Positions 15,503 to 28,917 of a stretch of DNA of 64,000 nucleotides are shown piece by piece (the stretch's first letter is position 1; every line of letters starts with the position of its first letter). Where the stretch lies: the NCBI RefSeq assembly GCF_006345805.1, contig NC_043015.1:22878001-22942000 (forward strand), given 5' to 3'. This stretch comes from Octopus sinensis. Taxonomy: Eukaryota. The notes under the pieces are model-generated. The model worked only from the letters and a program-made list of their open reading frames with translations. It did no database searches and was not told the origin of the DNA. The position numbers and the translations under genes were made by a program.

Positions 15503-15578
15503 AGTAAATTCAAATAAACAATTAAAAAACAGAGAAAAAAAGAAAAACGAACCTGAAAACGTGCAAAGAAATATATTA

Positions 15579-16610
15579 TCAGGTCATCTCATTAGTCCTG
15601 CTTGGATTTAGAATAAAGAAAACAAGTGTTAAAATATTATATTTAATTCAAATTGAATCATCAATGTATTTTCCCTAATTATCTATGACTTCCATTTGGC
15701 TTGCGGAAGTTTCATCAAAATGATTCTGTAAACTACGAAACAAATGGCAGTCTGAAGGAGCAAAGTCGGGAGAATAAGGTGGATGAAGAATTTTTTCCAA
15801 CGAAGGTCTTCGATCTTCTGTGATGTGATTCTTGCAGTATGGGGTCACGCATTGTCCTGATGAAACATAATCCCTTTTCGATTCACTAAAGCGGGTCTTT
15901 TTCCTTCAAAACTTGGTTCAAACGCTCTAATTGCTGACAGTAGACTTGAGCACTGATTATTACATAAGGTGGTAATAATTCAAAGTTAATTACTCCTTTG
16001 CAATCCCACCAGTTACAGAGAAGTACCTTTTTCCCATGAAGTTCCGTTCTCAGTTCTGGTCGAGCTTTTCCCCTTGTACCAAGCCACTGTTTACGACGTT
16101 TAATATTTCGATAGAAGATCCATTTTTCGTCAACGGTCACAAGTTGTTGGTTTGAACTAAGATTTATTGCCAATTCTTCAACTGATAATGCAGGATTTTC
16201 TTCAAGTTATGATTCAAGGAGCTAATCATCAAATTCAACTGGATGTCCTGTTCGATCTTCATCTTCAAGGCTGAAGATCTCCATTTCTGAATTTTGCAAA
16301 CCATCTTCTGCAAGCATTCTTTCCTATAAATTGAGTGTATGTTTGGAGTCGCTTCGGCTACAGAGTTTCCTCATAAAGCATTGTGTGCCTCAAATCCCCT
16401 TTGAATACTTCCATGTTAGAAATGGCTTTAATCAAAGAAATTTTAATTCTATTATTCTGTAATTCTATTTAATTCTATTATTTAATTAGTTTAAATGTAC
16501 ACAAATGCATAGAAATAATTTTTAATTCCACTACACATTCTAAAACACTATTAAATTTTATTCAATTTTTAAAAAACGTAAAATCGGACAGAACTTATGG
16601 GATGACCTGA
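15579..16610 (-). mobile_element. Mariner DNA transposon, internally deleted, both TIRs and TA target duplication present
   Basis: Left TIR TCAGGTCATCTCATTAGTCCTG and right TIR (reverse complement TCAGGTCATCCCATAAGTTCTG), with TA at 15577-78 and 16611-12. Transposase motifs VTVDEKWIFYRN, HGKKVLLCNWWD, IMFHQDNA and HPPYSPDFAPSDCHLF. ATG near 16355. Confidence 0.92.
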
Positions 16611-16876
16611 TAATTGGACATTCGGTGAAGGGAGAGAGTAGTTGTTAGCGTCTAGAGCGTAGCTCTTCTTTGGAAACAGGTGAGTCCGAAGAGAACGAAG
16701 GAAGAATAAGGAAAATTCGCCAACAGTTCACATGCGTTTACATTTCTGAAATTACATGCATATATGAGCGAGAGGTAGAGAGAAAAAGAGAGAGATAGGT
16801 GATTAATTATGATCAAATGTGCGAAACACTAACTAAATAATATTCATATAAACATCTGACTGCTTCCTTAGCAATG

Positions 16877-16922
<46 letters not shown>

Positions 16923-17440
16923 AATACATACTTATACACACACACATACACGCCCGCTCACACTTACATGCACAAACATATATATAATAGGAACTCATTA
17001 TGCCTTAAGTATGTGTAATAGCATGAGTTCGTATTGGTCCCTTTTGCGAAGACAGGTTAACCTCTGAAGAAAATGAAAAATAACGTAATTCATAGCAAAG
17101 TTTAAAATATAAAGGGTGATAGAGAATAGAACGGCGTAGTCAAGAAAGAACTATAAGAAAGAAAACGAAGAGAGCGAAAAAGGGAACTGTGGAGGTAATA
17201 AGAGATACAAAACATGATACTGGGACAATCGACGGCTCCTGGTGGACTGCCAGATTAAAGATAATAGCTGGTGAACCTATCGGCAGTAAGTATCTGGATC
17301 AAGACAAGTAGACTCTAAAGGATAAAAAGTACAAGCTAATAGATGTCCTGGGGAAGTACGGTGCATAATTTTGTTCTGAGACGAAACTCTGCATTCATGT
17401 GTAAGAATATGTGACACTTGTCGAATATCAAGAAATTTTT

Positions 17441-17474
<34 letters not shown>

Positions 17475-18864
17475 TATATTTACAACAGTAAAGTAGCTCT
17501 CCTTGTGCCTAGATTGACCACATATACAATGAATGAATGAAATCAAAGAAATGGGGTCCATAATGCTTAGTATATACATTGCAGCCGCCTGTAATATAGA
17601 AATAAAATGTGCTTTTTCTCTGCTGAATGTTAACTGACATATAACATTGAAGGACGTTATAATAGTTAAGCGTATCAGCAACATAGTAAGTCCCGATGTA
17701 AAGGAAGGAAGTTAATACATGTCAGCAGTTGCTTTTCCTAATTTGCAAATGTCATACTATAAAGAATTCTAGCTTCATCCCAGCAGTTAAATTTCCACAC
17801 TTTCAAAATTCAAGTGATATTTCTATGAAGATATTTAAAACTTTATTCTAACCTCTTCAACAGCAACTTGGTGAAATAGCGTTATCAAAAATTGCCTTGG
17901 TTTTTTTCTATATAATGTGTTGTGAATACTTTTTAGCTTTTGGAACTTAAAATACGTAGTATATCCATACATGCATAAATACAAACATACACACGTACAT
18001 ATATATTATACATTATATGTATATACCTACACACATATATTATATACACATATATAATGTATATATGTATATGCATGCATATATATATATATATGTATAT
18101 ACATATGTACATACATATATATCTATACGCATATATACAATGGTATATGCACACATATATATATACCTATATATCTTTATATTTAAATATGTACGTGTGT
18201 GTGTTTATGTGTGTGTGTATGTATGTCTGTATATATGTGTGTGCAAGTTTATGTGTTTGTGTACTGATATAACACCACAATATAGATATATATAGACGCA
18301 CACATATGCACACACACACGCACACACACACACACATACACACGCACACACATATATATATATTCATATATATATATGGGTGTATATATATATATATATA
18401 ATCATGTTTTTTTTCTTTTTTTATGTCCTAAAATATATTTTTGATTGAGATTTCTCTCGCAGATTTTAAAAGAGTTTCATGAAACGATTTCTTTATGCAA
18501 TGACGTGGGTAAGGATACAGTTTAATCGTTGTAGGCTTCCATAAAATTTGATTTCCATCTTTCGATCTTAAGTTTTTTTCGCATGTCGTGTTTTTTTAAT
18601 AGCGAAGATATTATCAGCTGCAATTTATAAAGCTCTACACATTTCTGTATTCGCTACTTCATAATATGTATGCACAACATAATGATTAATGTATTTAATG
18701 TATAAGATGTTCCCATTATTGCAAGTGGTTATACACACGCTTGCTCACACATACATACACAAAAAAAGCATATGTACACGCGAATGTGAATATATACATA
18801 TATACACTCACATGAGTATATAAGCCTCCATGTATTTTTATGTGAGTAAATATATATATATATG

Positions 18865-18956
<92 letters not shown>

Positions 18957-19119
18957 ACACACTCACGCACACATATGTATGTGTGTATATGCATTATATA
19001 TTATACAGTGTTTTTTATGTTAAATAGTTCCATATTGGCACAAAGGTGCTTCTTATTTCTAACGCCCTTTTCTTCCACTCTCCTTCAGTTCAATTACTCT
19101 CTCCCTTTCTCTTTATCTC

Positions 19120-19177
<58 letters not shown>

Positions 19178-22100
19178 ATATATATATAAATCGATACCAT
19201 TGTCAAGTATACTTTAACCTCGGGTAGATCAGATTTTGTGAGTTCAATATGTAAATGGATATGTTATGGAAGGCCGTCAAACGTAAATTTTGTAGTGTTG
19301 GGTAGCTGCCGTAGTGTTACAACATTAGACATCTCCAATATGTCGTGGGATTTATTTAGTAGATCACAGTCTATTTCAAGCTTTAATTCCACGTCTTTTG
19401 CCAAAGAAAGCTTTGTTTTTTACGAAATGTTACTTGGGCTCTGAAGTGAAGCACAGTTGCTAGTCTTCCTCTCCTGATTATACCTTTGAATATAATTAAC
19501 TGAAGGTTACTGTCCATGCAGTTGCATTTGTTGAGCAGATAACGACTAGTCTGTAAGTGCTTCTTACCTCTCTTTGATAACACTCATGAAATAAACATTA
19601 TTTTGGAAAGCTGACACCTAACTTTTTTTCTATCAAACTTCTTAACTAAAGTGTTGCACAATAGGACCGTGAGGTCGCAGGTTTTACTAAGTAAATTTTT
19701 AAGTACGTATCCCTTTAACTTAAAGTTTTAAATTATATGTCACCTAACCAAATCTCACACAGAATTTTTCCATTAATTAAAAATTTTTGGAACTTTCAGC
19801 TCCTTTACGCTTTGATTAACAATTCTTTTCTGGAGAATTAGGCTGATGTGGGTTAAATGTAGCCTTCATTACAACAGAGTATCTAAGAAATGTTCCGCCA
19901 TAAAAATATATTAACAGAAGCATATACTACCCTACGAAATATATCTACACATTCTCTGGAGATCTGGTTTGAACACTAAGGTAGGCTGGTGTACAGAGTC
20001 TACATATCTTATAGGGTTTATTCATAGAAAGATCAGCAGTATTTATACATATTTTTTCAATATCTTTCAGATTAGTGAAACGAAACGAGGAAAGTATCAT
20101 CAGGTTGGACACCTGCACCGAATATTTATAGTAGAGTTTATCGCGAGCATTTGAGCATTTGAAAGTATTAAGTTCGTTTCGTAGGCAGAACCGTATCCTT
20201 CGCATCCACGTTCTTCTAATTCTTGTTCTTATATGGAATATTTCAATTTTAATACTCCTTTTGATTTCATTCTAAATGTAGTATCGTTTATAAAGGATTT
20301 GATTTGTACAATAATTGCACGAGCTACTTAGGCTTGAAAAATGTCTCAGTTCACAGCTACATATCACGTAAAATTAAATGATAATTTCTCGGTATACTGG
20401 TTGCAATATTAACGTTCTTTAGAATGAAGATTAAAAAATTATGTAGGTAATCCCCCTGAATGAGGCGTTGGTCTGTTATGTAAGTAATTTTGAATTCCAT
20501 TTGAGACAATGTATCGTGATGAATCCACAAATTGAATTTCAAATTCATATTGCAGAATAGACAAGCTGAGAGGTGAAAGTGAAATTAATATGTATTATTA
20601 ATAAGTATCGTATATACATTTGCACCCACACAGACATACACATATACAGAAACCCACGCATGCAACCAGAGAGAGAGATAGAGATAGGAAAGAAAGAAAT
20701 ATTAGAAGCGAGATCTTCGCAAGCTAAATATCTTGGCTCTGGTCTGAGAAAGACATACCTATATATAACTGCATGTCACAAGCAGATTTCCATTTGCACA
20801 TGATTTTTGGCAGGCAATAGTTCACCGACACCATGATGGATGTTGATAGTAACCTTGAAACAAAGATACAAATATATTTGATGTAAACGTATTATCTGAA
20901 TATCAAAAGAGGAAAATTTACAAATCAAGAAAATATACGTCGTTGTATGTACAAATTTCCAAATGGTCTTGCTGTATTATATAACAAAAAGGAAGATTGG
21001 TAAAGAAAATCCTAATTCTTTTAGTTCTATATTCATAGTTGTAATCAGAAGAATAACTCTCAATGGTTACATTAAACACAAGGATTGTGTCTCAGACGAG
21101 TAGAGGCAGGATCTACCGATTCTATAAAATCTGAGGTAGGATCTGGCCATTCGAGAAAATCTGTTTTATTTGGGTATTAAATAATTTATTACAGCCATTT
21201 TGGTGCTACCTATGAGGGGACGTTGATTTAACGCTGCCTTATTTGACAAAAGTCATTTTAAAGATTTTCCCTCCCACTATGTGTGTGAGTGTATGTGTAT
21301 CTATAAAAAGTGAGGGAAATTGTTTATGTTAATTGTGTCGAATTAATAAATTGTAATATATCTCCCCTATCAATCTTTTATTTGTTTATATATACCTCAC
21401 TGCAAAAGTACGCACGTCAGTGCATTCTTTGTGTGTGTGCGTTAGTATGTGTGTGTGAGTGCTGGTTTTCAGTGCCAAAACTTACTGATACCACACGAAC
21501 TGAATATCCATTCAGCTGCGCAAAATCGATGGCGTCTTAAGAGTCGCGCTCAGTCGCGGACAGACCAAACTATGAACTATCCGACGCCACGAAGATTATG
21601 GAGTTGCTCTAGAGATTTGCAAATATAAAATCTAGAACCAGCAACATAGCATAAACGAACTCAAAGTTTACTTTATTAACATAGAAATAGTAATAAAAAA
21701 CTTCATACGACCCTCGGTTTTCTCATTGGGTTTGCATTATTTAAGAGATTATCTCGTTTAGAAAATGAACTTGTTAGCTTAGATTTATATCCAAAGGAAA
21801 AATAAATTTATTCCGGTTGAGAATTCCAGACAATGAATTATTTTAGTATGGGGTAAATTTGTTATTTATTCGCGAGAGTCCTTGTTTTGGGTTTTCTTTG
21901 ACGAAACATGAAGAGACGAGAACATTAGTAGATGGCGAGTAAAGCTGGCCTGGCCCCGGAATGTTTCTCTGGGCAGATAAAACTCTAATTGTAACAGGAA
22001 AGAATGTGATAGGCTTCAGGGAGTCTATTGGTCCCTGATTGTAATGCGACGCTAAGCGACGTCAAGCGAAATATTTTATTTATTTAAGAGTGGGGGGTTA

Positions 22101-23252
22101 AGAATTTGGAACATGGGGTATGAGATAACTTAATATGATTTCTATCACAATTTTGTAAGGAGTTAAATACTCGTATGCAGTTTATGGGGATGAATATATT
22201 TTTGTCTCTACAGAAAAATGCAAGGTCTTGTGGTGGAAATATAGAAGTACACAGGAGTTGTACGATGCAAAGTTATATCGAAGAGATATTGAATTTGCCA
22301 TTACAACTGCGCAGTTTCTAAGCGCTGTTTACAAATTATCTGCAGGAATTAATTGGAGATTCCATAATACTGCAGTAATAACCGTATCCATACCTTGTAC
22401 ATTAGTTCTATAAATATTCAGAAATGTACATTTCACTGATAAGATCTAATTGTTACCAAAAATAAAGAGAAAATATAATGTAAACTGTTGAGAAACTCGT
22501 TTTAAGAAGAGGTCAGTGTTCGAATAGGACAGTAAATATAAATCGAACAGACTTGGTTATGAGAAATTTTACATGGCTGAGTAAGCATTTAAAATTAAAC
22601 TATTAATATACCGTTTTACGGACGGCTAGATATCGCCAAAGGGTGTCCCGAAATCATTATATTAGCGACTGGACATGAAAGCAGCGAATATATAAACCAA
22701 TGCAGGTTGGCAAGTAGACAAACTGAAACTTCGTTATACCAATTAAAGATATGAAAACGCGATAGCAATGCCTGGATTAAGAACGAACTTTGTTTTTCTG
22801 TATAATATTTACTGAACAAGTTAGTAATATGTATGGAGGGATGTATGTATGTATGTACGCATGTATGTGTGTATGTGTGGATACATGCATGGATGTATGC
22901 ATATATGTTGGTAGGTTCCTATATATGGATGTAAGTTGATAGATAAGTATGCATGTATGAATGTGTACATGTATGTACGCATTTAGTTATATAAGTATTT
23001 ATGGATTATACATATATGTCTATAAGTCAGAGAATATAAATGCATTCATACATATATATTTGCACACACGCGCACATACATTTATACATATTTATATATG
23101 TATGTAAGTGTGTATATATGTGTCTGTGAATGTGTGGCTATATATTACATATGCCGTATTATTTACCTATATACACAAAGACATATGTAATTCTCTCTCA
23201 ATGTCTCTTTCTTATTCACTGATATATATATATATGTATATGCATATGCATG

Positions 23253-23324
<72 letters not shown>

Positions 23325-23448
23325 TAAAAGGAATTCCAACCTTGTCTGATTTTCACGTTTTATTTACAATCTTATAATGATATAATATAATATAATATAA
23401 TATAATATAATAAAATAAAATAATAGAATGTTAAACGTTCATTCTGAT

Positions 23449-23493
23449 TGAACTAGTACTTTCATGCATTAAATTCTGCAATCTTCAGGTTCA
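23449..23493 (-). ncRNA. Minimal type I hammerhead ribozyme motif in the PLE terminal repeat
   Basis: Minus strand: UGAAC-CUGAAGA-U-UGCA-gaauuuaa-UGCA-U-GAA-AGUACU-A-GUUCA. Stem I is 5 bp, stem II is 4 bp plus a U.U at 10.1-11.1, stem III is the palindrome AGUACU, and the cleavage triplet is CUA. Folded by eye. Confidence 0.75.
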
Positions 23494-23907
23494 TGTAGTA
23501 GTGGTGACAGTCATGCTTCACAATTTTTGACTGTAGCGAGATGATTGAATCTGTGCTTTAAATACAGCTGTGTAGGCTCCAGATGCTAGGTTTTGCAAAC
23601 TGTATTCTGACCAATCAGTGTGTAGTATCACTCAATTACTTAAGCTGATTGGTTGGTTGAGCTGATTGGTTTAGGCGTCACGCTTTGTTGGACATGTCAG
23701 AAGTCCTGTATCTTGACCCTGGCCGAAGCAGCAATTGTTGGGCTATTTTTAGAAATGTTGTAAATAGCCTTTGTCAGAGATTTTTATATTTTTATATTTA
23801 AATTTTTCATCATCATCATTGTCAGCACCTTAATTATTGTTGCTAGTGATGGCAATATAACTTTTAACCCTAAATAAGATACATTTCCTGCTATCTAAGT
23901 ATTATTA

Positions 23908-25012
23908 TTATTGCTTATTTAGTTTGGGTTCCAATTTATCAATAAAATTCTTTTCTCTGATTTTCCTCTCGATTTCACTTGGGCTGTGTAATTTGTAGAA
24001 TGGAAATATTATATATATTTTCCGGCCACATGTTGCTATGTGGTTACTCAAAGGTATCTCACGGACCTCTGGGTCTCTAATATGTTGTCGGTGTACACGT
24101 GAACGTTCTGGTAGTGCGTTTCCCGTCTGACATAATATATATTTCTTCACAATTTGGGCATTTTGATGCAGTAAATTAAATTTCTGCTTTTGCAGTTCAT
24201 ATTCGCGTTTGTGAATATTTTCCCGGTTTTTGTGTTTATATATTGGCCGGTATGTATGAATTGGCATGTGCCACATCGGCTATCATTGCATTTAGATACA
24301 GTGAATGTTTGGTCTTTGTTGCTAAGGTCAAATTTTGCCTTTGTTAGTAATTTTTGCAAGCTTTTAGGCTGTCTTTTACTAAGCACCATAGCTCGATCCG
24401 TGATTATGTCTTTTAATTCATTATTTTGGGCAATGATTGGTAGGTTTGCTTTGGTTGAAGATATTCTAGTGACATGGGTTGTGTGTCACTATGAATGGTA
24501 TGACTTGATGTTGTTTCCTTTTTCTTGGGTTGTCCTACGTTGTTGTATGGGTATTTTTAGAGCCCGCTGTATGCCATTTTCTATAAGTAGAGATGGGTAT
24601 TTTTGTTTGAGCAGAACTTCTCTTAGTTTTATTAGGCGTTTGTTCCTGATATTTGCATCTTCTATAATGGTACAAATTCTTCTGGCTAGGAAGTATGGGA
24701 TGTTGCGTTTTGTATGTGGTGGATGGCACGACTTAAAATTTAGGTATTGATGTGTGTCTGTGTGTTTATAGTATATATCTGTGGTGATGGTGGTGTCTTT
24801 TTTAATTACCATTATATCTAGGAATGGTAATTTGGTACTACTCATCTCCTTTGTAAATTGGAGAGAAGGGTGTAGGTTGTTCAGGAGGATATTGAAATCT
24901 TCCAGAGTATTTAGAGATTCTGTCCAGATTATGAAGCAGTCGTCAAGGTATCTCTTCCATGCCTTTTCAATATACTTTCTATATCCAGTGTCATAGTTTA
25001 CCTCCACCTCTT
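23908..25012 (-). pseudogene. PLE reverse transcriptase C-terminus plus GIY-YIG endonuclease, frameshifted
   Basis: Track ORFs 24489..25046, 24147..24389 and 23908..24276 each carry one segment of the same polyprotein. Confidence 0.9.
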
Positions 25013-25323
25013 GGAAAATATTCACAAACGCGAATATGAACTGCAAAAGCAGAAATTTAATTTACTGCATCAAATGCCCGAATTGTGAAGAAATATATGT
25101 AGGTCAGACGGGAAACGCACTATCAGAACGTTCACGTGTACACCGACGACAGATTAGAGACCCAGAGGTCTGTGAGATACGTTTAAGTAACCACCTAGCA
25201 ACATGTGGCCGGAAAATTTAAATAATATTCCTATTCTAAAGATTACACAGCCCAAGTGAAATCGAGAGGAAAATCAGAGAAAAGAATTTTATTGATAAAT
25301 TGGAACCCAAACTAAATAAGCAA
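25013..25323 (+). pseudogene. Inverted second copy of the PLE GIY-YIG domain
   Basis: ORF 25036..25221: MNCKSRNLIYCIKCPNCEEIYVGQTGNALSERSRVHRRQIR, followed by a premature stop. Confidence 0.9.
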
Positions 25324-25738
25324 TAATAATAAAACTTAGATAGCAGGAAATATATCTTATTTAGGTTTAAAAGTTATATTGCCATCACTAGCAACAATAA
25401 TTAAGGTGCTGACAATGATGATGATGACAATTGAAATATAAAATATAAAAATCTCTGACAAAGGCTATTTACAACATTTCTAAAAATAGCCCAACAATTG
25501 CTGCTTCGGCCAGGGTCAAGATACAGGACTCTTGACATGTCCAACAAATCGTGACGCCTAAACCAATCAGCTCAACCAACCAATCAGCTTAAGTAATTGA
25601 GTGATACTACACACTGATGGGTCAACATACAGTTTGCAAAACCTAGCATCTGGAGCCTACACAGCTGTATTTAAAGCACAGATTCAATCATCTCGCTACA
25701 GTCAAAAATTGTGAAGCATGACTGTCACCACTACTACA

Positions 25739-25783
25739 TGAACCTGAAGATTGCAGAATTTAATGCATGAAAGTTCTAGTTCA
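25739..25783 (+). ncRNA. Second copy of the PLE hammerhead motif, with one stem III mutation
   Basis: TGAAC-CTGAAGA-TTGCA-gaatttaa-TGCAT-GAAA-GTTCT-A-GTTCA. An A>T change breaks the AGTACT palindrome. Confidence 0.65.
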
Positions 25784-26790
25784 ATCAGAATGAACATTTA
25801 ACATTCTATTATTTTATTTTATTATATTATATTATATTCTATTATCTTATATCATTATAAGAGTGTAAATAAAACGTGAAAATCAGACAATGTTGGAATT
25901 CCTTTTATTAATACATTCTTCTATACACAATCACACCCACCAGTATATATATATATATATAGGAGATAAATAAAAATATATGCATACATACAAACATATA
26001 TGTACGTACCTACATCTACATGTATATATACATGCATATATAAATAATTATACGGGAGTACAGGACATCACAATAAGACGTAGAAACGGAAAAAGCCAAA
26101 AAACAAAAAACAAGAAAACGGAAAACGAAAAACAAATACAGGACGAGCTACACAAGGACAAAACCCCCGTCATCAGCTGTCGCTAGAGGAGTCAGGCATG
26201 TTTCGAAGGCATAACAGAACACTAATCCAATAGGCCTTCTGCGAGAGAATTAAAATAAAATTTCAAGCAGCGGGGCACAATGAGTACGAACACAAACAAG
26301 ACGTAACAATAAGACTGCAAAATTAAAATACGTGTACAAAAACAAACACAAGAGGACGAACGAAAAAGCCTTTTTTCTGGCATAGACAAACAATAAAACT
26401 GCAAAAATAAAAATACATGTACAAAAAGTACAATTAGTTACAAAACGAGAAAATAACAAGAATACTATACAGGAAATCAACCACACAAGGGGACGAACGA
26501 AGAAGCCTTTTGCTGGCAAGGACGAAAGTGTAGTAGCAGCGCGTGGAGGCAGTCTTTTCAATAGTGGGAACCACGTGTAAAGGAAAATTGTTTTATAGGC
26601 AAGGAAGAGGGACGGAGGAGGGGGACACGCGGCGAAGAGAGAGGAGGAGGGGGAGGGAGAAAGATAGAAGAGGTTAAAGCAATATATATACACACACATA
26701 TTATATACATATATATATATATGTATATATTTTTAAACTCACATATGGCAGAAAAAGAAGAAAAACAACGAAATCACAGTCTTTGGATAA

Positions 26791-26848
26791 ATTATGGACG
26801 TACGTTTCTGGATTAGAATCGTAAGGTTCATTTCCTTATCAACATAAT
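26791..26848 (-). ncRNA. Degenerate type I hammerhead motif, homolog of 60843-60905
   Basis: AUUAUG-UUGAUAA-GGAAAUG...CUAAUCCA-GAAA-CGUACG-UC-CAUAAU. Stem I is a perfect 6 bp and stem III is palindromic, but the core deviates from CUGAUGA. Confidence 0.55.
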
Positions 26849-27163
26849 ATTTCCCATAAATCTAGAAATGCTGGGAAAACTTACCTCTTATATTTTCGAC
26901 CAAGTGACATCAAAAGATACAAAAGTCAACTAGCATATCCTCATTTATATTGACAAGTGAATCCGTATTATTTTTGTAGTAAAAGGAAATAGTAGCCCTA
27001 TGACTGCTATTTCAAATATTTTCGGTGTGTGGTTTAAGCAACTTTTTGCAAAATACCATTATTATTATAATTATATAAATTTTTACCGAAAGTGGTCCTT
27101 TTCCATACCGCAATAGTACTAGGTAAAATTTTTTGATTTTATTAACTCAATTATATTTCACCC

Positions 27164-27195
<32 letters not shown>

Positions 27196-27220
27196 TTATA
27201 TATATATATATATATGTATA

Positions 27221-27306
<86 letters not shown>

Positions 27307-28585
27307 TATATATTAGTGAATAAGTGACATACAGAAATAATTATACAGTTAATTATAGAGAAGGGAAAGAAAAGATAAAGGATGGCAACTGAATGATAGT
27401 TTCTTATCTGTCGTCGTTGGATTGACTAACAACCCGTCCAGAAATGCTGTCCGTCAAATTAACTAATTTTACCGAAAGATATTTCTCGAGTTATTCTACG
27501 TTTATCACTATATACCATTGAAGACAATTCCGACCAATCTCTTTTATTCGATCTACATCTAGCTTTATAAAAATCAAACAGGTTTTTAGACACTTGTTAT
27601 TGTTGTTTCTTCTTCTCTTTTCTTCATTTATATATAAATTAGTTTCTTGTTATATTTGCTCTTATGAACAATATATTTTTAGATGCGTCAATTTACAGAA
27701 ATTCACCGCTAATATTCAAATGGAGTGTTTCGAAAAGTTAATTAATTTCATTAAATTAATAAATAAATTGAACTTGTCATAAGCCAAATATTCTGTAGAC
27801 ACGCGTAGACAAAGGTACAGAACTAATGTAGTGATACAAAAATTCAGACGGCACACGCTTTCATAATTATCTACAAAATATAAGTCCCAGATGAATATAA
27901 GATTACACACACATGGTATAGTGTATATATGTATACATACATATATACACATATGTACACGCACACACATGTATGTATATACGCACATTGACAGTCACAC
28001 GTATATTTACGTATATATATGCACTTATATATGCATGTATATCTATACGCTAGTATACACACACATATATATATATATATGTGCATATGAGTGTAAGTTT
28101 GTGTACATTTGTATATGTGTGTGTATATATATTGTGCATGTGCGCCTGTGCATACGTATATTTCTATTGTTATTATAACTGTCGAGACATGACATACCTC
28201 CTTCTCATCTCAAATCTAATATAATATAAATTTAATCATTATTTAATAACAGTAAAACTAAGCCACTTGTTAACATGTGACCTTTTCTCTCATTGTATCG
28301 TATTGTTTGAATTCACTACTCAAATCTATAATATTGCTATTCTCCTTGTCAGAATCTGTATTCTAATCGTACCCTTTTAACAAGTTTATCTATAGTAAAA
28401 AATTCAATTCATAATAGAAATCTTGAAGATAACGAAAAGCGATTCGAAGATCTATCATCTTATGCCATATAAATCATGCTAAGTGTAAAATGATAAATTA
28501 CCACGCGCCCAAGGAGGCTGATATTAGAAGAAATAATGTTCTGTTTCAAATGTAGATTAAGAGTTATACATGTGCATAAAACCAT

Positions 28586-28917
<332 letters not shown>

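Larger units (their letters stand above)
23319..25913 (-). mobile_element. Penelope-like element (PLE), 5'-truncated, with an inverted copy of its 3' end
   Basis: The minus strand from ~25012 to 23908 encodes RT C-terminus (WKRYLDDCF, LPFLDIMV, DIYYKHTDTHQYL), linker CNDSRCGTC and GIY-YIG (NLIYCIK...Y..QTG...ER...H), with frameshifts. 25013-25913 is the reverse complement of 23319-24223. Confidence 0.92.

Noticed and set aside
16677-16685. Perfect splice donor CAG|GTGAGT next to the mariner TIR
   Set aside because: A 9-mer match is expected by chance in 64 kb, and no matching acceptor or exon was identified.
17470-17900. Possible RT remnant on the minus strand (FTKLLLKRLE)
   Set aside because: A single motif-like stretch, and downstream RT motifs could not be recovered.
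19240-20560. Protein-like frames (KLSLAKDVELKLEIDCDLL…, NPIRYVDSV) suggesting an exon or an old PLE RT
   Set aside because: No splice acceptor in frame, and no ordered series of RT motifs.
20833-21003. MMDVDSNLETK…KFPNGLAVLYNKKEDW frame with a donor-like GTAAAG
   Set aside because: It contains an in-frame stop and has no recognisable homology.
21400-22080. Locally CpG-richer segment, possible promoter
   Set aside because: The enrichment is modest, and there is no adjacent gene or TSS evidence.
24190-24996. Plus-strand 186-aa and 71-aa ORFs, and similar ORFs antisense to Dong (e.g. 40965..41228, 45903..46193)
   Set aside because: Antisense shadows of transposon coding sequence.
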